38,836 nucleotides of DNA from Clostridia bacterium (GTDB taxonomy: Bacteria; Bacillota; Clostridia; Monoglobales; Firm-18): the NCBI GenBank assembly GCA_045538345.1, contig JAZSRE010000178.1:1-38836 (forward strand), read 5' to 3'. Numbering within the stretch: the first letter of the stretch is position 1; the number at the start of each line of letters is the position of its first letter. Positions 1 to 9,500 of the stretch are shown here, piece by piece. Below the pieces are notes generated by a model that saw only the letters and a list, made by a program, of their open reading frames with translations, ran no database searches and had not been told where the DNA came from. The position numbers were made by a program, and so were the translations under genes.

Positions 1-516
1 AGTGTGCTTAATTTGTTTGCTTATACAGGTGGTGCAACGGTGGCTGCGTCATGTGCAGGGGCATCCGTTTGCCATGTTGACGCATCTAAGGGAATTGTTG
101 CACATGCAAAGGATAATGCTCAGCTTACAGGTATTGCAGACAGACCAATACGCTACATTGTTGATGATTGTTTGAAATTTGTACAGCGTGAAATACGCCG
201 TGGCAGGAAGTACGATGCTATTATTATGGACCCTCCATCATACGGCAGAGGCCCAGGGGGAGAAGTATGGAAAATAGAAACAGAACTTTTTGGATTTGTA
301 GAACAATGTGCAGAAGTCTTAAGCGATAATCCACTGTTTGTACTATTAAATTCCTATACAACAGGCTTAAGTGCTGCAACTATGGCAAATGTACTTACCC
401 TTACGGTAGGTAAAAAATTCGGTGGTGAGGCAACTGCTGATGAAATAGGTATTCCAATGAAGGACAAGGGTTTGATTTTACCTTGCGGTTCATCTGCAAG
501 ATGGGTGATGAAATAA
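1..516 (+). CDS. Class I SAM-dependent RNA methyltransferase (RlmI/YwbD-like), C-terminal fragment; 5' end cut by window edge
   Basis: The frame is open from base 1. It carries SAM motif I (NLFAYTGG) and motif IV (IIMDPPSYGRG), typical of RlmI-type Rossmann methyltransferases. The stop codon directly abuts the next ATG. Confidence 0.7.
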   Translation, partial: SVLNLFAYTGGATVAASCAGASVCHVDASKGIVAHAKDNAQLTGIADRPIRYIVDDCLKFVQREIRRGRKYDAIIMDPPSYGRGPGGEVWKIETELFGFVEQCAEVLSDNPLFVLLNSYTTGLSAATMANVLTLTVGKKFGGEATADEIGIPMKDKGLILPCGSSARWVMK

Positions 517-2232
517 ATGATAAAGACAGAAAATTTGATTTTCCGTTATAACGAGGAATCAGAGGCAAACATTCTTGAAAATATTAATATAGAAATTCAC
601 AAGGGTGGATTTACGGCTATTTTGGGACATAACGGAAGCGGTAAGTCGACCCTGGCGAAGCATTTTAATGCAATTAACCTTCCTGTTGGAGGAAAGGTGT
701 ATGTAGAAAAAATGGATACATCCCATGAGAAATTACTTTACGATATAAGGCAGACTGTAGGTATGGTTTTTCAAAATCCCGACAACCAGATAGTTGCCAC
801 AATAGTAGAGGAAGATGTTGCATTTGCCCCTGAAAATATGGGTGTACCCTCGGAGGAAATTCGCCGTCGTGTTGATGAGGCTTTGGATGCGGTAGGTATG
901 TCCAAGGCTAAAAGGCGTGCACCTCATTTGCTTTCGGGAGGGCAGAAGCAAAGAGTAGCAATTGCAGGAATACTTGCGATGGAGCCTAAATATATAGTTT
1001 TGGACGAACCTACCGCTATGCTTGACCCAATAGGCAGACGAGAGGTTTTGTCTACATTAAAAAGGCTTAATGCAGAAAAAAATATGACAGTTGTAATTAT
1101 AACGCACAATATGGATGAGGCAGTTTTGGCAGACCGTGTTGTTGTAATGGATAACGGGAAGATTTTACTTGATGACTGCCCTGAAAATGTATTTGCAGAT
1201 GTTGAAAAAATTAAGGAAATAGGGCTTGATGTTCCTCAGGTTACAGAGTTTGCATACAGATTAAAAAAATGTGGATTTAATATTAAAAACAATATACTTA
1301 CAATAGAACAGGCAATAGATGGAATGAAGCCGTTTGTTAAAAATGGCACGGTTGCATTTGAAAATAAAAAAGAAGATGTGCAAAATAGTACTATTATAGA
1401 GCTTAAAAATGTTTATTATGAATACTCACCAAACGGGCCTGACTCAAAAAGTGCGGTTAACAATGTAAGTCTCAAGGTAAATAAAGGTGATTTTCTTGCA
1501 ATTATAGGCCACACAGGCAGCGGAAAGTCTACTTTACTTCAAATGTTTAATGCACTTACAAAGCCAAACAGTGGAGAAGTGTGGGTAAATGGTAAAAACA
1601 TATCGGATAAAAACACAAACTTAAGGGAGATAAGGACTACCGTAGGACTTGTTTTTCAATATCCTGAACATCAGCTTTTTGAAGAAACCGTAAGGCTTGA
1701 TATAGCTTTTGGACCTAAGAATATGGGGCTTGCAAATGAGGAGATTGAGGAAAGAATAAAGTATGCCTGCGAAATTGCAGGGGTTGATGAAAAATGGCTT
1801 GAAAAATCTCCATTTGAGCTTTCGGGAGGGCAAAAGCGTCGTGTGGCAATTGCGGGTATCCTTGCAATGAAGCCTAAAGTACTGGTACTTGATGAACCAA
1901 CTGCAGGTCTTGACCCGATTGGCAGAAAGAAACTTTTAACCCGTATAAGAAAAATGCATGATGAATACGGAATTACCATTGTGCTTGTTTCTCATGATAT
2001 GGAGGATGTTGCACAGTGTGCAAAGCGTGTTGTGGTTTTAAATGAGGGTGAAGTTTTTGCAGACGGAACACCAATTGATGTTTTTTCAAAATACGAAAAT
2101 CTTGAAAAAATAGGCGTTACCGCACCGCAGATAACACGACTTATGGATAAGCTTTGCGGTGTAAAAGTTTGCACAGTCGACCAGGCAGTGGACTATATGG
2201 TTAAAATGAACGGAGGTGCTGTAAATGCTTAA
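517..2232 (+). CDS. ecfA: ECF transporter ATPase, with EcfA and EcfA' cassettes fused in one 571-aa polypeptide
   Basis: Two complete ABC cassettes are present. Walker A is GHNGSGKST and GHTGSGKST. Signature is LSGGQKQRVAIAG and LSGGQKRRVAIAG. Walker B is IVLDEPT and LVLDEPT. The gene is followed by ecfT and truA, as in the Firmicutes ecfA-ecfA'-ecfT-truA block. Confidence 0.85.
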   Translation: MIKTENLIFRYNEESEANILENINIEIHKGGFTAILGHNGSGKSTLAKHFNAINLPVGGKVYVEKMDTSHEKLLYDIRQTVGMVFQNPDNQIVATIVEEDVAFAPENMGVPSEEIRRRVDEALDAVGMSKAKRRAPHLLSGGQKQRVAIAGILAMEPKYIVLDEPTAMLDPIGRREVLSTLKRLNAEKNMTVVIITHNMDEAVLADRVVVMDNGKILLDDCPENVFADVEKIKEIGLDVPQVTEFAYRLKKCGFNIKNNILTIEQAIDGMKPFVKNGTVAFENKKEDVQNSTIIELKNVYYEYSPNGPDSKSAVNNVSLKVNKGDFLAIIGHTGSGKSTLLQMFNALTKPNSGEVWVNGKNISDKNTNLREIRTTVGLVFQYPEHQLFEETVRLDIAFGPKNMGLANEEIEERIKYACEIAGVDEKWLEKSPFELSGGQKRRVAIAGILAMKPKVLVLDEPTAGLDPIGRKKLLTRIRKMHDEYGITIVLVSHDMEDVAQCAKRVVVLNEGEVFADGTPIDVFSKYENLEKIGVTAPQITRLMDKLCGVKVCTVDQAVDYMVKMNGGAVNA

Positions 2233-3031
2233 GGATATTACCTTGGGACAGTATTTTTCCGGTGAGTCATATATTCACAAATTGGATGCAAGAATTAAAA
2301 TTTTACTTGCAATTGTGTTTATGGTAGTAATTTTCTGTATAAAAAGTATGTACGGTTATCTTGCACTTGTTATATTTACTTTGTTTATGATTGCAGTTTC
2401 AAAAATTCCTTTTGGATATATGCTTAAGGCGGTTAAGCCCGTGTTATTTTTTGTAATATTTACAGCAATACTTAATGTGTTGTTTACAAAAAACGGAGAA
2501 GTATTGTGGAATGCAGGGTTTTTAACCATAACAAAAGCAGGTGTTACCAATGCAATATATATGATATTTCGCATAACATTTTTGGTTATGGGTACCTCCT
2601 TGCTCACATACACAACATCTCCAATTGAGCTAACAGATGGTATGGAAAGGCTTTTGAGTCCGTTTTCAAAGATTGGTCTTCCATCACACGAGCTTGCTAT
2701 GATGATGAGTATAGCGCTTAGGTTTATTCCTACAATACTGGAGGAAACAGATAAAATAACAAAAGCACAAACTGCAAGAGGTGCAGACTTTGAAAGCGGT
2801 AATGTGTTAAAACGTGCAAAAGCACTTATACCTTTGCTTGTTCCTTTGTTTATAAGCGCTTTCAGACGTGCAGACGAACTTGCTATGGCTATGGAATGCC
2901 GTTGTTATCACGGAGGCAGCAACAGAACAAAAATGAACCAGCCTAAGATTGGGGTACGGGATGTTGTTGCGGTTGTAGTGATGGTTTTATTTATTGCAAT
3001 TATTGTTTTTACAAATTTTTTGAGGTGGTGA
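2225..3031 (+). CDS. ecfT: ECF transporter transmembrane (T) component
   Basis: 268-aa polytopic membrane protein with the two conserved Ala-Arg-Gly type coupling helices (KAQTARGADFE, SAFRRADELAMAMECRCY). GGAGGTG lies 6 nt upstream of the ATG. It overlaps ecfA by 8 nt. Confidence 0.85.
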   Translation: MLKDITLGQYFSGESYIHKLDARIKILLAIVFMVVIFCIKSMYGYLALVIFTLFMIAVSKIPFGYMLKAVKPVLFFVIFTAILNVLFTKNGEVLWNAGFLTITKAGVTNAIYMIFRITFLVMGTSLLTYTTSPIELTDGMERLLSPFSKIGLPSHELAMMMSIALRFIPTILEETDKITKAQTARGADFESGNVLKRAKALIPLLVPLFISAFRRADELAMAMECRCYHGGSNRTKMNQPKIGVRDVVAVVVMVLFIAIIVFTNFLRW

Positions 3032-3768
3032 ATACCTTGAATTATAAACTTTGTCTTTCCTATGACGGCACTGCATATCACGGTTGGCAAAAACAAAACA
3101 ATGCAGTGAGTGTATGTGAGGTTGTAGAAAATGCGGTAGAAAAAATATTTAAGCACAAAGCGGAGGTTACGGGATGTAGCCGTACAGATGCAGGAGTGCA
3201 TGCTATAAATTATGTTTGCAATTTTAAAAGTGATTTGATAATACCTTTTGAAAAAATTCCCCTTGCTTTGAATACAAAGCTTCCAGGGGATATAAGGGTA
3301 AAAAGTGCATGCAGGGCAGATGAAGATTTTAATTCCCGTTTTAGTGCCAAGTCAAAAACCTATATTTATAAGACTTGTTGTTCTGAAATTTTAAATCCTT
3401 TTTTGAAAAATTATGCTTATCATTTCCCATATGATGTAAATGTAGAAAATATTAAAAAGGCAGTTGGCTTTTTTGAGGGAACTCATGATTTTTCCGGGTT
3501 TATGACCCAGGGAAGCAGTCAAAAAACAACTGTACGTACAGTAAATTATCTTAAAGTACGCAGTTATGAGGATATTATTGAATTTGAAATAAATGCAAAT
3601 GCATATCTTTATAATATGGTGCGTATAATTTCAGGAACATTATTGTATGTTGGAACAGGCCGAATACGTTGGGAAAGTATTCCCGAGGTAATAAAAAGTT
3701 GCGACCGCACACGTGCGGGAATTACTGCAGAGCCTCAGGGGTTGTATCTGAAAGAGATTTTATATTGA
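3025..3768 (+). CDS. truA: tRNA pseudouridine(38-40) synthase TruA
   Basis: SYDGTAYHGWQKQ and the catalytic-Asp motif GCSRTDAGVHA are present, and the position after ecfT is conserved. The true start may be the in-frame TTG at 3037 (MNYKLCLSYDGT), downstream of GAGGTGG at 3022-3028. Confidence 0.9.
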   Translation: MVNTLNYKLCLSYDGTAYHGWQKQNNAVSVCEVVENAVEKIFKHKAEVTGCSRTDAGVHAINYVCNFKSDLIIPFEKIPLALNTKLPGDIRVKSACRADEDFNSRFSAKSKTYIYKTCCSEILNPFLKNYAYHFPYDVNVENIKKAVGFFEGTHDFSGFMTQGSSQKTTVRTVNYLKVRSYEDIIEFEINANAYLYNMVRIISGTLLYVGTGRIRWESIPEVIKSCDRTRAGITAEPQGLYLKEILY

Positions 3769-3777
3769 GGTGATTTT

Positions 3778-4872
3778 GTGAAAAAACTTAAAAACAAATT
3801 CAATATAAGAGGTAAGTCGATGATAATTTTGGGAATACTTGCCTTGGCAATTTGCGTTTTTTTACTTTTGTACAATTTAAGCGGATGCAGTGAAATTTCT
3901 GCAGAAAATTTATATAAGTTTGAAAATGATTTTAATTATCAGATAGATGAATTTCACGGTAAAATTTTTACCTTGGGGTATGAAGGTGTCAAACTTCTTA
4001 ATTTTAACGGGCAGCAAACTGATTATATTGAAAGTCATATGTCATCTCCTCATTATAATATTTCGGGGAATATGATTTTGCTTTATGATAAGGGAGATAA
4101 AAAACTGTCGGTTTATGAGGGGGTAAACAAAAAATATTCATACGAATGTGACCAGCCTATAAAAAATGCCAAGGTAAATAAAAACGGATATACCGTGCTT
4201 ACAAGTGATGAAGTTGGGTACAATTCAAAGGTGTTGGTGCTTGACAGTAAAGGTCAGCTTATTTATATTTGGAAAATTGGTAACGAGTATATAGTAGATA
4301 TGGATATTGCCCCTGATAACAAAAGCCTTGTTGCTGTAACAATTTCAACAGATACAGGTGTTATAGTTAAAAATGTAGTTTTGATAGATATTAAGGCTGC
4401 AGTAGAAACAGGCAGAACCAAGGTTGAAGGCGATATGCCAATAAGCGTAAAATATACGGATTCGGGAAGCTCAATAGTTGTTTCTGATACAGGGCTTAAG
4501 CTTTATGATTCCAAGGCAAGAGAAAAGTGGAATGTTTCATTTGAAAACAACATACTTCAGTCATTTAAGGTTGATTCAAATGGAAACACTATTGTTGCCC
4601 TTAAGGGTATAAAAAACAATACAATTATAAGGTCTTATACCAAAAACGGAAGCAAAGCCGGGGAATATATTACAGATACAAAGGTGTCGTTTATAGATGT
4701 AAACCAGCGTAATATTGCTATATGTGAAGAATCGGCAGTTTCGGTAATTAATTACTCGGGAAAAGTTATATCAACTACGGAAATAAAGAAAAAGGTGCGT
4801 GGAATTTGTCTTGCAGGCACTGACAAAGTGTTGATTTTATGCGATGACTGCATACAGTTAATAAGAATATAG
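3778..4872 (+). CDS. Putative lipoprotein with beta-propeller-like repeats (function unknown)
   Basis: Basic N-terminus, hydrophobic helix and lipobox-like LSGC (MKKLKNK...LLLYNLSGCSE). The body shows repeated G-Y/x-V...G...Y-x-W strand patterns typical of propeller blades. An alternative start is ATG 3820, preceded by AGAGGT. Confidence 0.55.
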   Translation: MKKLKNKFNIRGKSMIILGILALAICVFLLLYNLSGCSEISAENLYKFENDFNYQIDEFHGKIFTLGYEGVKLLNFNGQQTDYIESHMSSPHYNISGNMILLYDKGDKKLSVYEGVNKKYSYECDQPIKNAKVNKNGYTVLTSDEVGYNSKVLVLDSKGQLIYIWKIGNEYIVDMDIAPDNKSLVAVTISTDTGVIVKNVVLIDIKAAVETGRTKVEGDMPISVKYTDSGSSIVVSDTGLKLYDSKAREKWNVSFENNILQSFKVDSNGNTIVALKGIKNNTIIRSYTKNGSKAGEYITDTKVSFIDVNQRNIAICEESAVSVINYSGKVISTTEIKKKVRGICLAGTDKVLILCDDCIQLIRI

Positions 4873-4882
4873 GGTGGTTATT

Positions 4883-5443
4883 ATGGCAGATATAATTGTT
4901 GTTGCTATTATGGTAATATCGCTTGTTCTTGGATACAAACGTGGTTTTTTAAAAAGTGTATCAAAACTTTTTTGCTGGATAATTGCAATTGTCGTTGCTA
5001 AGTTTTTAAACCCAACGGTAAGTCAGTTTGTTGCAAAGTCCTTTATAGGAGAATTTATAAAACAAAAATTCAGCGAAACTTCTCGGTCGCTTTTGCCTGA
5101 AAATATACCGCAGTTTATTGTCGGTACAGGAGAAGGAATTGCGGTTGAACTTGCGGATGTTGTAATAGGCATTGTATCTGTTCTTATTGTGGTTTTGGCG
5201 ACATACATAATTGCAAACCTTCTTGTGGGGGCTCTTAACATAGTTGCAAAGCTACCCGTAATATCTTTTGCAAACAGGGTTTTAGGTGGTTTATCAGGGC
5301 TTGCTATCGGAGTTATTATAATATATGTTCTTATGACTTTGGTTGTGGTTTTTAATATTGGTGAATGTCAGGAAATGATTGATAAGTCAATTATTGCATA
5401 TACGATGTATAGACATAACGTATTTATAGATTTTATTCTTTAA
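4883..5443 (+). CDS. CvpA-family integral membrane protein
   Basis: The N-terminus MADIIVVAIMVISLVLGYKRGFLKS is CvpA-like, and there are four hydrophobic segments. GGGTGG lies 5 nt upstream of ATG 4883. The ORF track starts at GTG 4874. Confidence 0.7.
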   Translation: MADIIVVAIMVISLVLGYKRGFLKSVSKLFCWIIAIVVAKFLNPTVSQFVAKSFIGEFIKQKFSETSRSLLPENIPQFIVGTGEGIAVELADVVIGIVSVLIVVLATYIIANLLVGALNIVAKLPVISFANRVLGGLSGLAIGVIIIYVLMTLVVVFNIGECQEMIDKSIIAYTMYRHNVFIDFIL

Positions 5444-5461
5444 TTCAAAAGGGGTATTTTA

Positions 5462-6736
5462 ATGATTAACAAAACATTGTCCGAACTTAAGGAGATTGCA
5501 AAAAAATACGAACTAAAAAATATATCAAAGTTAAAAAAGGAAGAACTTGTTTCTGCCATTGAAGGAAAAATGGAAGAAGAGAATGCACCATCTTTGGAGG
5601 ATGGCGGGAAAGTGCGTACCGAAACTGTAGAGGTTGAGGGTATACTTCAAATTTGCGAGGATGGTTTTGGCTTTTTAAGAAGTGAAAATTATCTTTCGGG
5701 GGTTGATGATGTCTATGTTGCCCAGGCACAGATACGCAGGTTTCGTTTAAAAACAGGGGATATGTTAAAGGGTATTGCCCGTTTGCCCCGTGAAAATGAA
5801 AGGTTTCGTGCGCTTTTATATGTAAATGCAGTAAATGGCGATAAGCCTGATGTTGCAATACGAAGAACTGCCTTTGAAAATCTTACTCCTATTTATCCTA
5901 CCGAAAGAATGCATATGGTTAATAAGTCTACGGATTATGCAATGCGTCTTGTGGATTTAATTGACCCTGTGGGTAAAGGTCAGAGAGGTATAATTGTTTC
6001 CCCTCCTAAGGCGGGTAAAACTACAATGCTTAAACAAATTGCAAAAAGCATTGAAACAAACCACCCTGATGTAACTTTGCTTGTGCTTTTAATAGACGAA
6101 CGCCCTGAGGAAGTTACGGATATGAAACGCAGCATAAAAGGCGAGGTTATATATTCTACGTTTGATGAAGAACCGGCACACCATATTCGTGTTTCTGAAA
6201 TGGTTTTAGAACGTGCAATGAGGCTTGTTGAACATAAAAAAGATGTTGTTATTTTGCTTGACAGTATAACAAGGCTTGCAAGAGCATACAACCTTACAAG
6301 TACTTCTACGGGCAGAACCCTTTCAGGAGGTCTTGACCCTAATGCATTACATAAACCAAAAAAGTTTTTTGGGGCAGCCCGTAATATAGAAAATGGAGGA
6401 AGCCTTACCATACTTGCAACGGCACTTATAGATACCGGAAGCAGAATGGACGACGTTATATATGAAGAATTTAAGGGTACTGGTAATATGGAGGTACACC
6501 TTGACAGACGTATGCAGGAAAGACGTATTTTTCCTGCAATAGATATTTATAAATCAGGCACAAGAAAAGAAGAACTTTTACTTTCTCAGGTAGAGATGGA
6601 GTGCGTGTGGACAATACGCCGTGCATTTCATAATCAAAATTCTGCCGATGTTACGGAAATGCTTGTAAACGAGCTTGTTGCAACAAAGGATAATTATGAG
6701 TTTTGCAATAAAATCGTTAAAACCCTTGGTAAATAA
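5462..6736 (+). CDS. rho: Transcription termination factor Rho
   Basis: Rho N-terminal helix bundle ([25 protein letters not shown]), RNA-binding OB motif (DGFGFLR), Walker A (PPKAGKTT), Walker B ([10 protein letters not shown]) and a C-terminal RecA-type core. Confidence 0.95.
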   Translation: MINKTLSELKEIAKKYELKNISKLKKEELVSAIEGKMEEENAPSLEDGGKVRTETVEVEGILQICEDGFGFLRSENYLSGVDDVYVAQAQIRRFRLKTGDMLKGIARLPRENERFRALLYVNAVNGDKPDVAIRRTAFENLTPIYPTERMHMVNKSTDYAMRLVDLIDPVGKGQRGIIVSPPKAGKTTMLKQIAKSIETNHPDVTLLVLLIDERPEEVTDMKRSIKGEVIYSTFDEEPAHHIRVSEMVLERAMRLVEHKKDVVILLDSITRLARAYNLTSTSTGRTLSGGLDPNALHKPKKFFGAARNIENGGSLTILATALIDTGSRMDDVIYEEFKGTGNMEVHLDRRMQERRIFPAIDIYKSGTRKEELLLSQVEMECVWTIRRAFHNQNSADVTEMLVNELVATKDNYEFCNKIVKTLGK

Positions 6737-6747
6737 ACGGAGGAAAC

Positions 6748-7506
6748 ATGAAGAAGTTAGCGTTATTGGTTATTTGTTTTTTGCTTTTTTCCTGTGTGAA
6801 TGTTTCTGCAGATTCTCATATCCCTGTGCTTTTGTACCACGATTTGCAGTTATCTTACACACCTGACAAGGCGGCAACAACAATTACTCCTCAAAAATTT
6901 GAAGAGCATATTGTAACTCTTTTGAAAAACGGGTATACACCTGTAAGCTTTGAAGATGTATACAATGCTTCTTTGGGGTTGTTTTCCATGCCCACAAACC
7001 CTGTAATTATATCCTTTGATGACGGATATGATACAAACTACAAATATGCTTTTCCAATAATTGATAAATACAGGGTTAAGGCTACAATTTTTGTGGTTGC
7101 AAAAACTGTGGGAAAGGTGCTTGAAACAAGTGTGCATTTTGGGTGGAACGAGGCTAAAATTATGCAACAAAGCGGACTTGTTAGCATACAGTCCCACACT
7201 TACGACCACAAGGACCTTGCAAAGCTTGATGCGTTTGAGCTTGAAAGGGAACTAAGGCTTTCGAAAATTGCTATTGAAAAAAATCTTGGTACAGAATGTG
7301 GTGTTGTTGCATTTCCATACGGAAGTTGTAACCAAAAGGTGATAGATGCAGCAAAACGTGCAGGGTATAGGGTAACTGCACAGGTTGGGGAAAGAGGAAT
7401 AAACAATGTTTCTGATGCAGGGACTGTTCCGTTTAAACGTATAACTGTTTATGGTTCATGGACAGGTTCGGATGTTTTGAAATATATTAAAGCATACGCA
7501 AAATAA
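6748..7506 (+). CDS. Secreted polysaccharide deacetylase (NodB/CE4 family)
   Basis: N-terminal signal peptide (MKKLALLVICFLLFSCVNVSA). NodB motif 1 (ISFDDGYD) and His motif (SHTYDH) are both present. Confidence 0.85.
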   Translation: MKKLALLVICFLLFSCVNVSADSHIPVLLYHDLQLSYTPDKAATTITPQKFEEHIVTLLKNGYTPVSFEDVYNASLGLFSMPTNPVIISFDDGYDTNYKYAFPIIDKYRVKATIFVVAKTVGKVLETSVHFGWNEAKIMQQSGLVSIQSHTYDHKDLAKLDAFELERELRLSKIAIEKNLGTECGVVAFPYGSCNQKVIDAAKRAGYRVTAQVGERGINNVSDAGTVPFKRITVYGSWTGSDVLKYIKAYAK

Positions 7507-7558
7507 GGGTAGCCCTTGGATATTGCTTTTAATATAATAAATTGTGGGAGGTGTGTTA

Positions 7559-8146
7559 GTGAAGGTAGAAAAGATATCACCCGACAAATTCAGAATAATA
7601 TTTTCAGATGAAGATTTAAGGGATTTTGGAGTAGATTTTGAAAATTTAAAATATAATTCAGATGAGGCCCAGCAAATATTTTGGGATTTAATAGAGCATG
7701 CACAAATAGATGACGAATTTTTTGGAGAAGGGGCCCAGATTGTAGTAGAGGCAGTAGCTTCAAAAAATGACGGACTTACTATGACAGTAACCCGTGTTGT
7801 CGATAATGAAAGATTACCGAGAATAAAACAAAAAAAGGGAAAACATAAAAGAGCAAAAGATATTTCACCAATAATATTCAGTTTTTCGGATTTTGAGGAC
7901 CTTATAAAAGCATGTAAATATATTGAAAACGCTTTTGTGGGAGTAAGCAGACTTTACAAGCTTGACGGAGAGTATTATCTTGTTATGGATGCCATACACG
8001 AAAGTGTGGCGGTAAAGGTTGACTCTTTGCTTTACGAATATGGAGAAAAGGTGTTTAACAGTTCGGTTGCTTGTGGTAAACTTGCAGAATATGGAGATTT
8101 GCTTGTGAAAAATACCGCTATTTCTACTATTTCGGGCAATTTTTAG
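7559..8146 (+). CDS. mecA: Adaptor protein MecA (ClpC adaptor)
   Basis: The N-terminus (VKVEKISPDKFRIIFSDEDLRDFG...) and C-terminal domain (LYKLDGEYYLVMD...LLYEYGE...AEYG) follow the Bacillus MecA pattern. GGGAGG (7546-7551) lies 7 nt before GTG 7559. The ORF track starts at 7544, inside the RBS. Confidence 0.8.
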   Translation: MKVEKISPDKFRIIFSDEDLRDFGVDFENLKYNSDEAQQIFWDLIEHAQIDDEFFGEGAQIVVEAVASKNDGLTMTVTRVVDNERLPRIKQKKGKHKRAKDISPIIFSFSDFEDLIKACKYIENAFVGVSRLYKLDGEYYLVMDAIHESVAVKVDSLLYEYGEKVFNSSVACGKLAEYGDLLVKNTAISTISGNF

Positions 8147-8205
8147 AGTTTTTATAGTATATCCAAGAAGCAAGTAAGTAATTTTTGTATATATATAAAA
8201 AACTC

Positions 8206-8234
8206 TTGAAAAACCCACAAAATTTATGTATAAT
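8206..8234 (+). promoter_or_regulatory. Sigma-A type promoter for darA-holB-ricT
   Basis: TTGAAA (8206-8211), a 17-nt spacer, then TATAAT (8229-8234), about 50 nt upstream of darA. Confidence 0.5.
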
Positions 8235-8283
8235 GTAGATGTAAAGATAATTTTGTTATTTTTTCGAAGGGGTTGGTGATTGT

Positions 8284-8604
8284 ATGAAACTTATTATTGC
8301 CATAGTTGGAGATGAAGATAGTTCAAAGCTAACGGATAAATTGAGCAAAAATTCAATTCCTGTAACCAAGCTTGCGTCAACAGGCGGTTTTTTGCGTGCA
8401 GGCAACGTTACCCTTATGATTGGTACTGAAGATGAAAAGGTAGAAGAAGTAATTGAAATTATCAAACAGGTATGTAAGTCCCGTAAAGAAATTGTTGCAC
8501 CTACATCTGTTAGTATGGCTGCTGCAATTACCTGGCCTATTGAAATTACAGTAGGTGGGGCAACTTTGTTTGTACTTGACATTGACAGGTTTGAAAAAAT
8601 ATGA
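8284..8604 (+). CDS. darA: Cyclic-di-AMP receptor, PII-like protein (YaaQ/DarA family)
   Basis: 106-aa protein starting MKLIIAIVGDEDS...LASTGGFLRAGN, the YaaQ-type pattern. Its position directly upstream of holB and ricT matches the Bacillus yaaQ-holB-yaaT region. Confidence 0.8.
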   Translation: MKLIIAIVGDEDSSKLTDKLSKNSIPVTKLASTGGFLRAGNVTLMIGTEDEKVEEVIEIIKQVCKSRKEIVAPTSVSMAAAITWPIEITVGGATLFVLDIDRFEKI

Positions 8605-9500
8605 TTTTTGAAAAAGTTGTCGGACATATACAAGTAAAAAAACAACTTGAAACTGCTATTAAGACGGGGAAGATATCTCACGCCTATATTTTTGCGGGCA
8701 AACGTGGGGTGGGAAAGAACACCATGGCAAAGGAATTTGCCCATGTGTTAACCGAGGGTAGTGTTGCTGATGTAACTTTGGTTACTAATGAACATTACGG
8801 CATTGAATCCAAAACAGATACAGTTTCGGTAGATACCGTTCGTGCGGCTTCTTCAGATATGTATATGAAGCCATACCTTGCAGATAGACGTGTATTTATA
8901 ATACCCAATGCCGAAAAAATGAATCAGCAGGCACAAAATGCTCTTTTGAAGATTTTTGAAGAACCACCTTCTTATTGCGTTATTATTCTTGTTACCCAAA
9001 ATGATAATATATTATTGCCGACAATAAGGTCTAGGGCGGTTACGGTGCGTTTTGGGGAGCTTGACGATAATCAGGTAAAAGACTATATGTCAAAAAACGG
9101 CAAGGAAGTATCTGATATAATTGTAAGAATTGCATCAGGAAGTATCGGTATGGTACAAAGCCTTTGTGAAAATGAGGAACTTAGTGAGGTTTTAAACAAT
9201 TTTGTTGAACTGTTTAAAACTGTGGGTATAGGGACTTCGGAGGAGACATATCGTCTTATTGATTTTATGCAAAAGGAAAAAGCTAATTACGAACCGCTTT
9301 TTGATATAATGCTTGTTATGTTACAGGATACTCTGCATGGCAGGGAAAGTGGGCTTAGAATAGAAGGGCTTAGCAGCAAAAAAGCTGTACAAATAATTGA
9401 ATTGGTCGAAAAAACACGCAATTCGTTTTTGCTTAATGCAGATTATAATATAGCAGTAAGCGAAATGATGTTGAATATACTGGGGGAAACTAATGATTGA
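8601..9500 (+). CDS. holB: DNA polymerase III delta-prime subunit
   Basis: AAA+ clamp-loader motifs ISHAYIFAGKRGVGKNT and FIIPNAEKMNQQAQNALLKIFEEPP, plus sensor TIRSR. There is a 4-nt ATGA overlap with darA. Confidence 0.85.
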   Translation: MIFEKVVGHIQVKKQLETAIKTGKISHAYIFAGKRGVGKNTMAKEFAHVLTEGSVADVTLVTNEHYGIESKTDTVSVDTVRAASSDMYMKPYLADRRVFIIPNAEKMNQQAQNALLKIFEEPPSYCVIILVTQNDNILLPTIRSRAVTVRFGELDDNQVKDYMSKNGKEVSDIIVRIASGSIGMVQSLCENEELSEVLNNFVELFKTVGIGTSEETYRLIDFMQKEKANYEPLFDIMLVMLQDTLHGRESGLRIEGLSSKKAVQIIELVEKTRNSFLLNADYNIAVSEMMLNILGETND

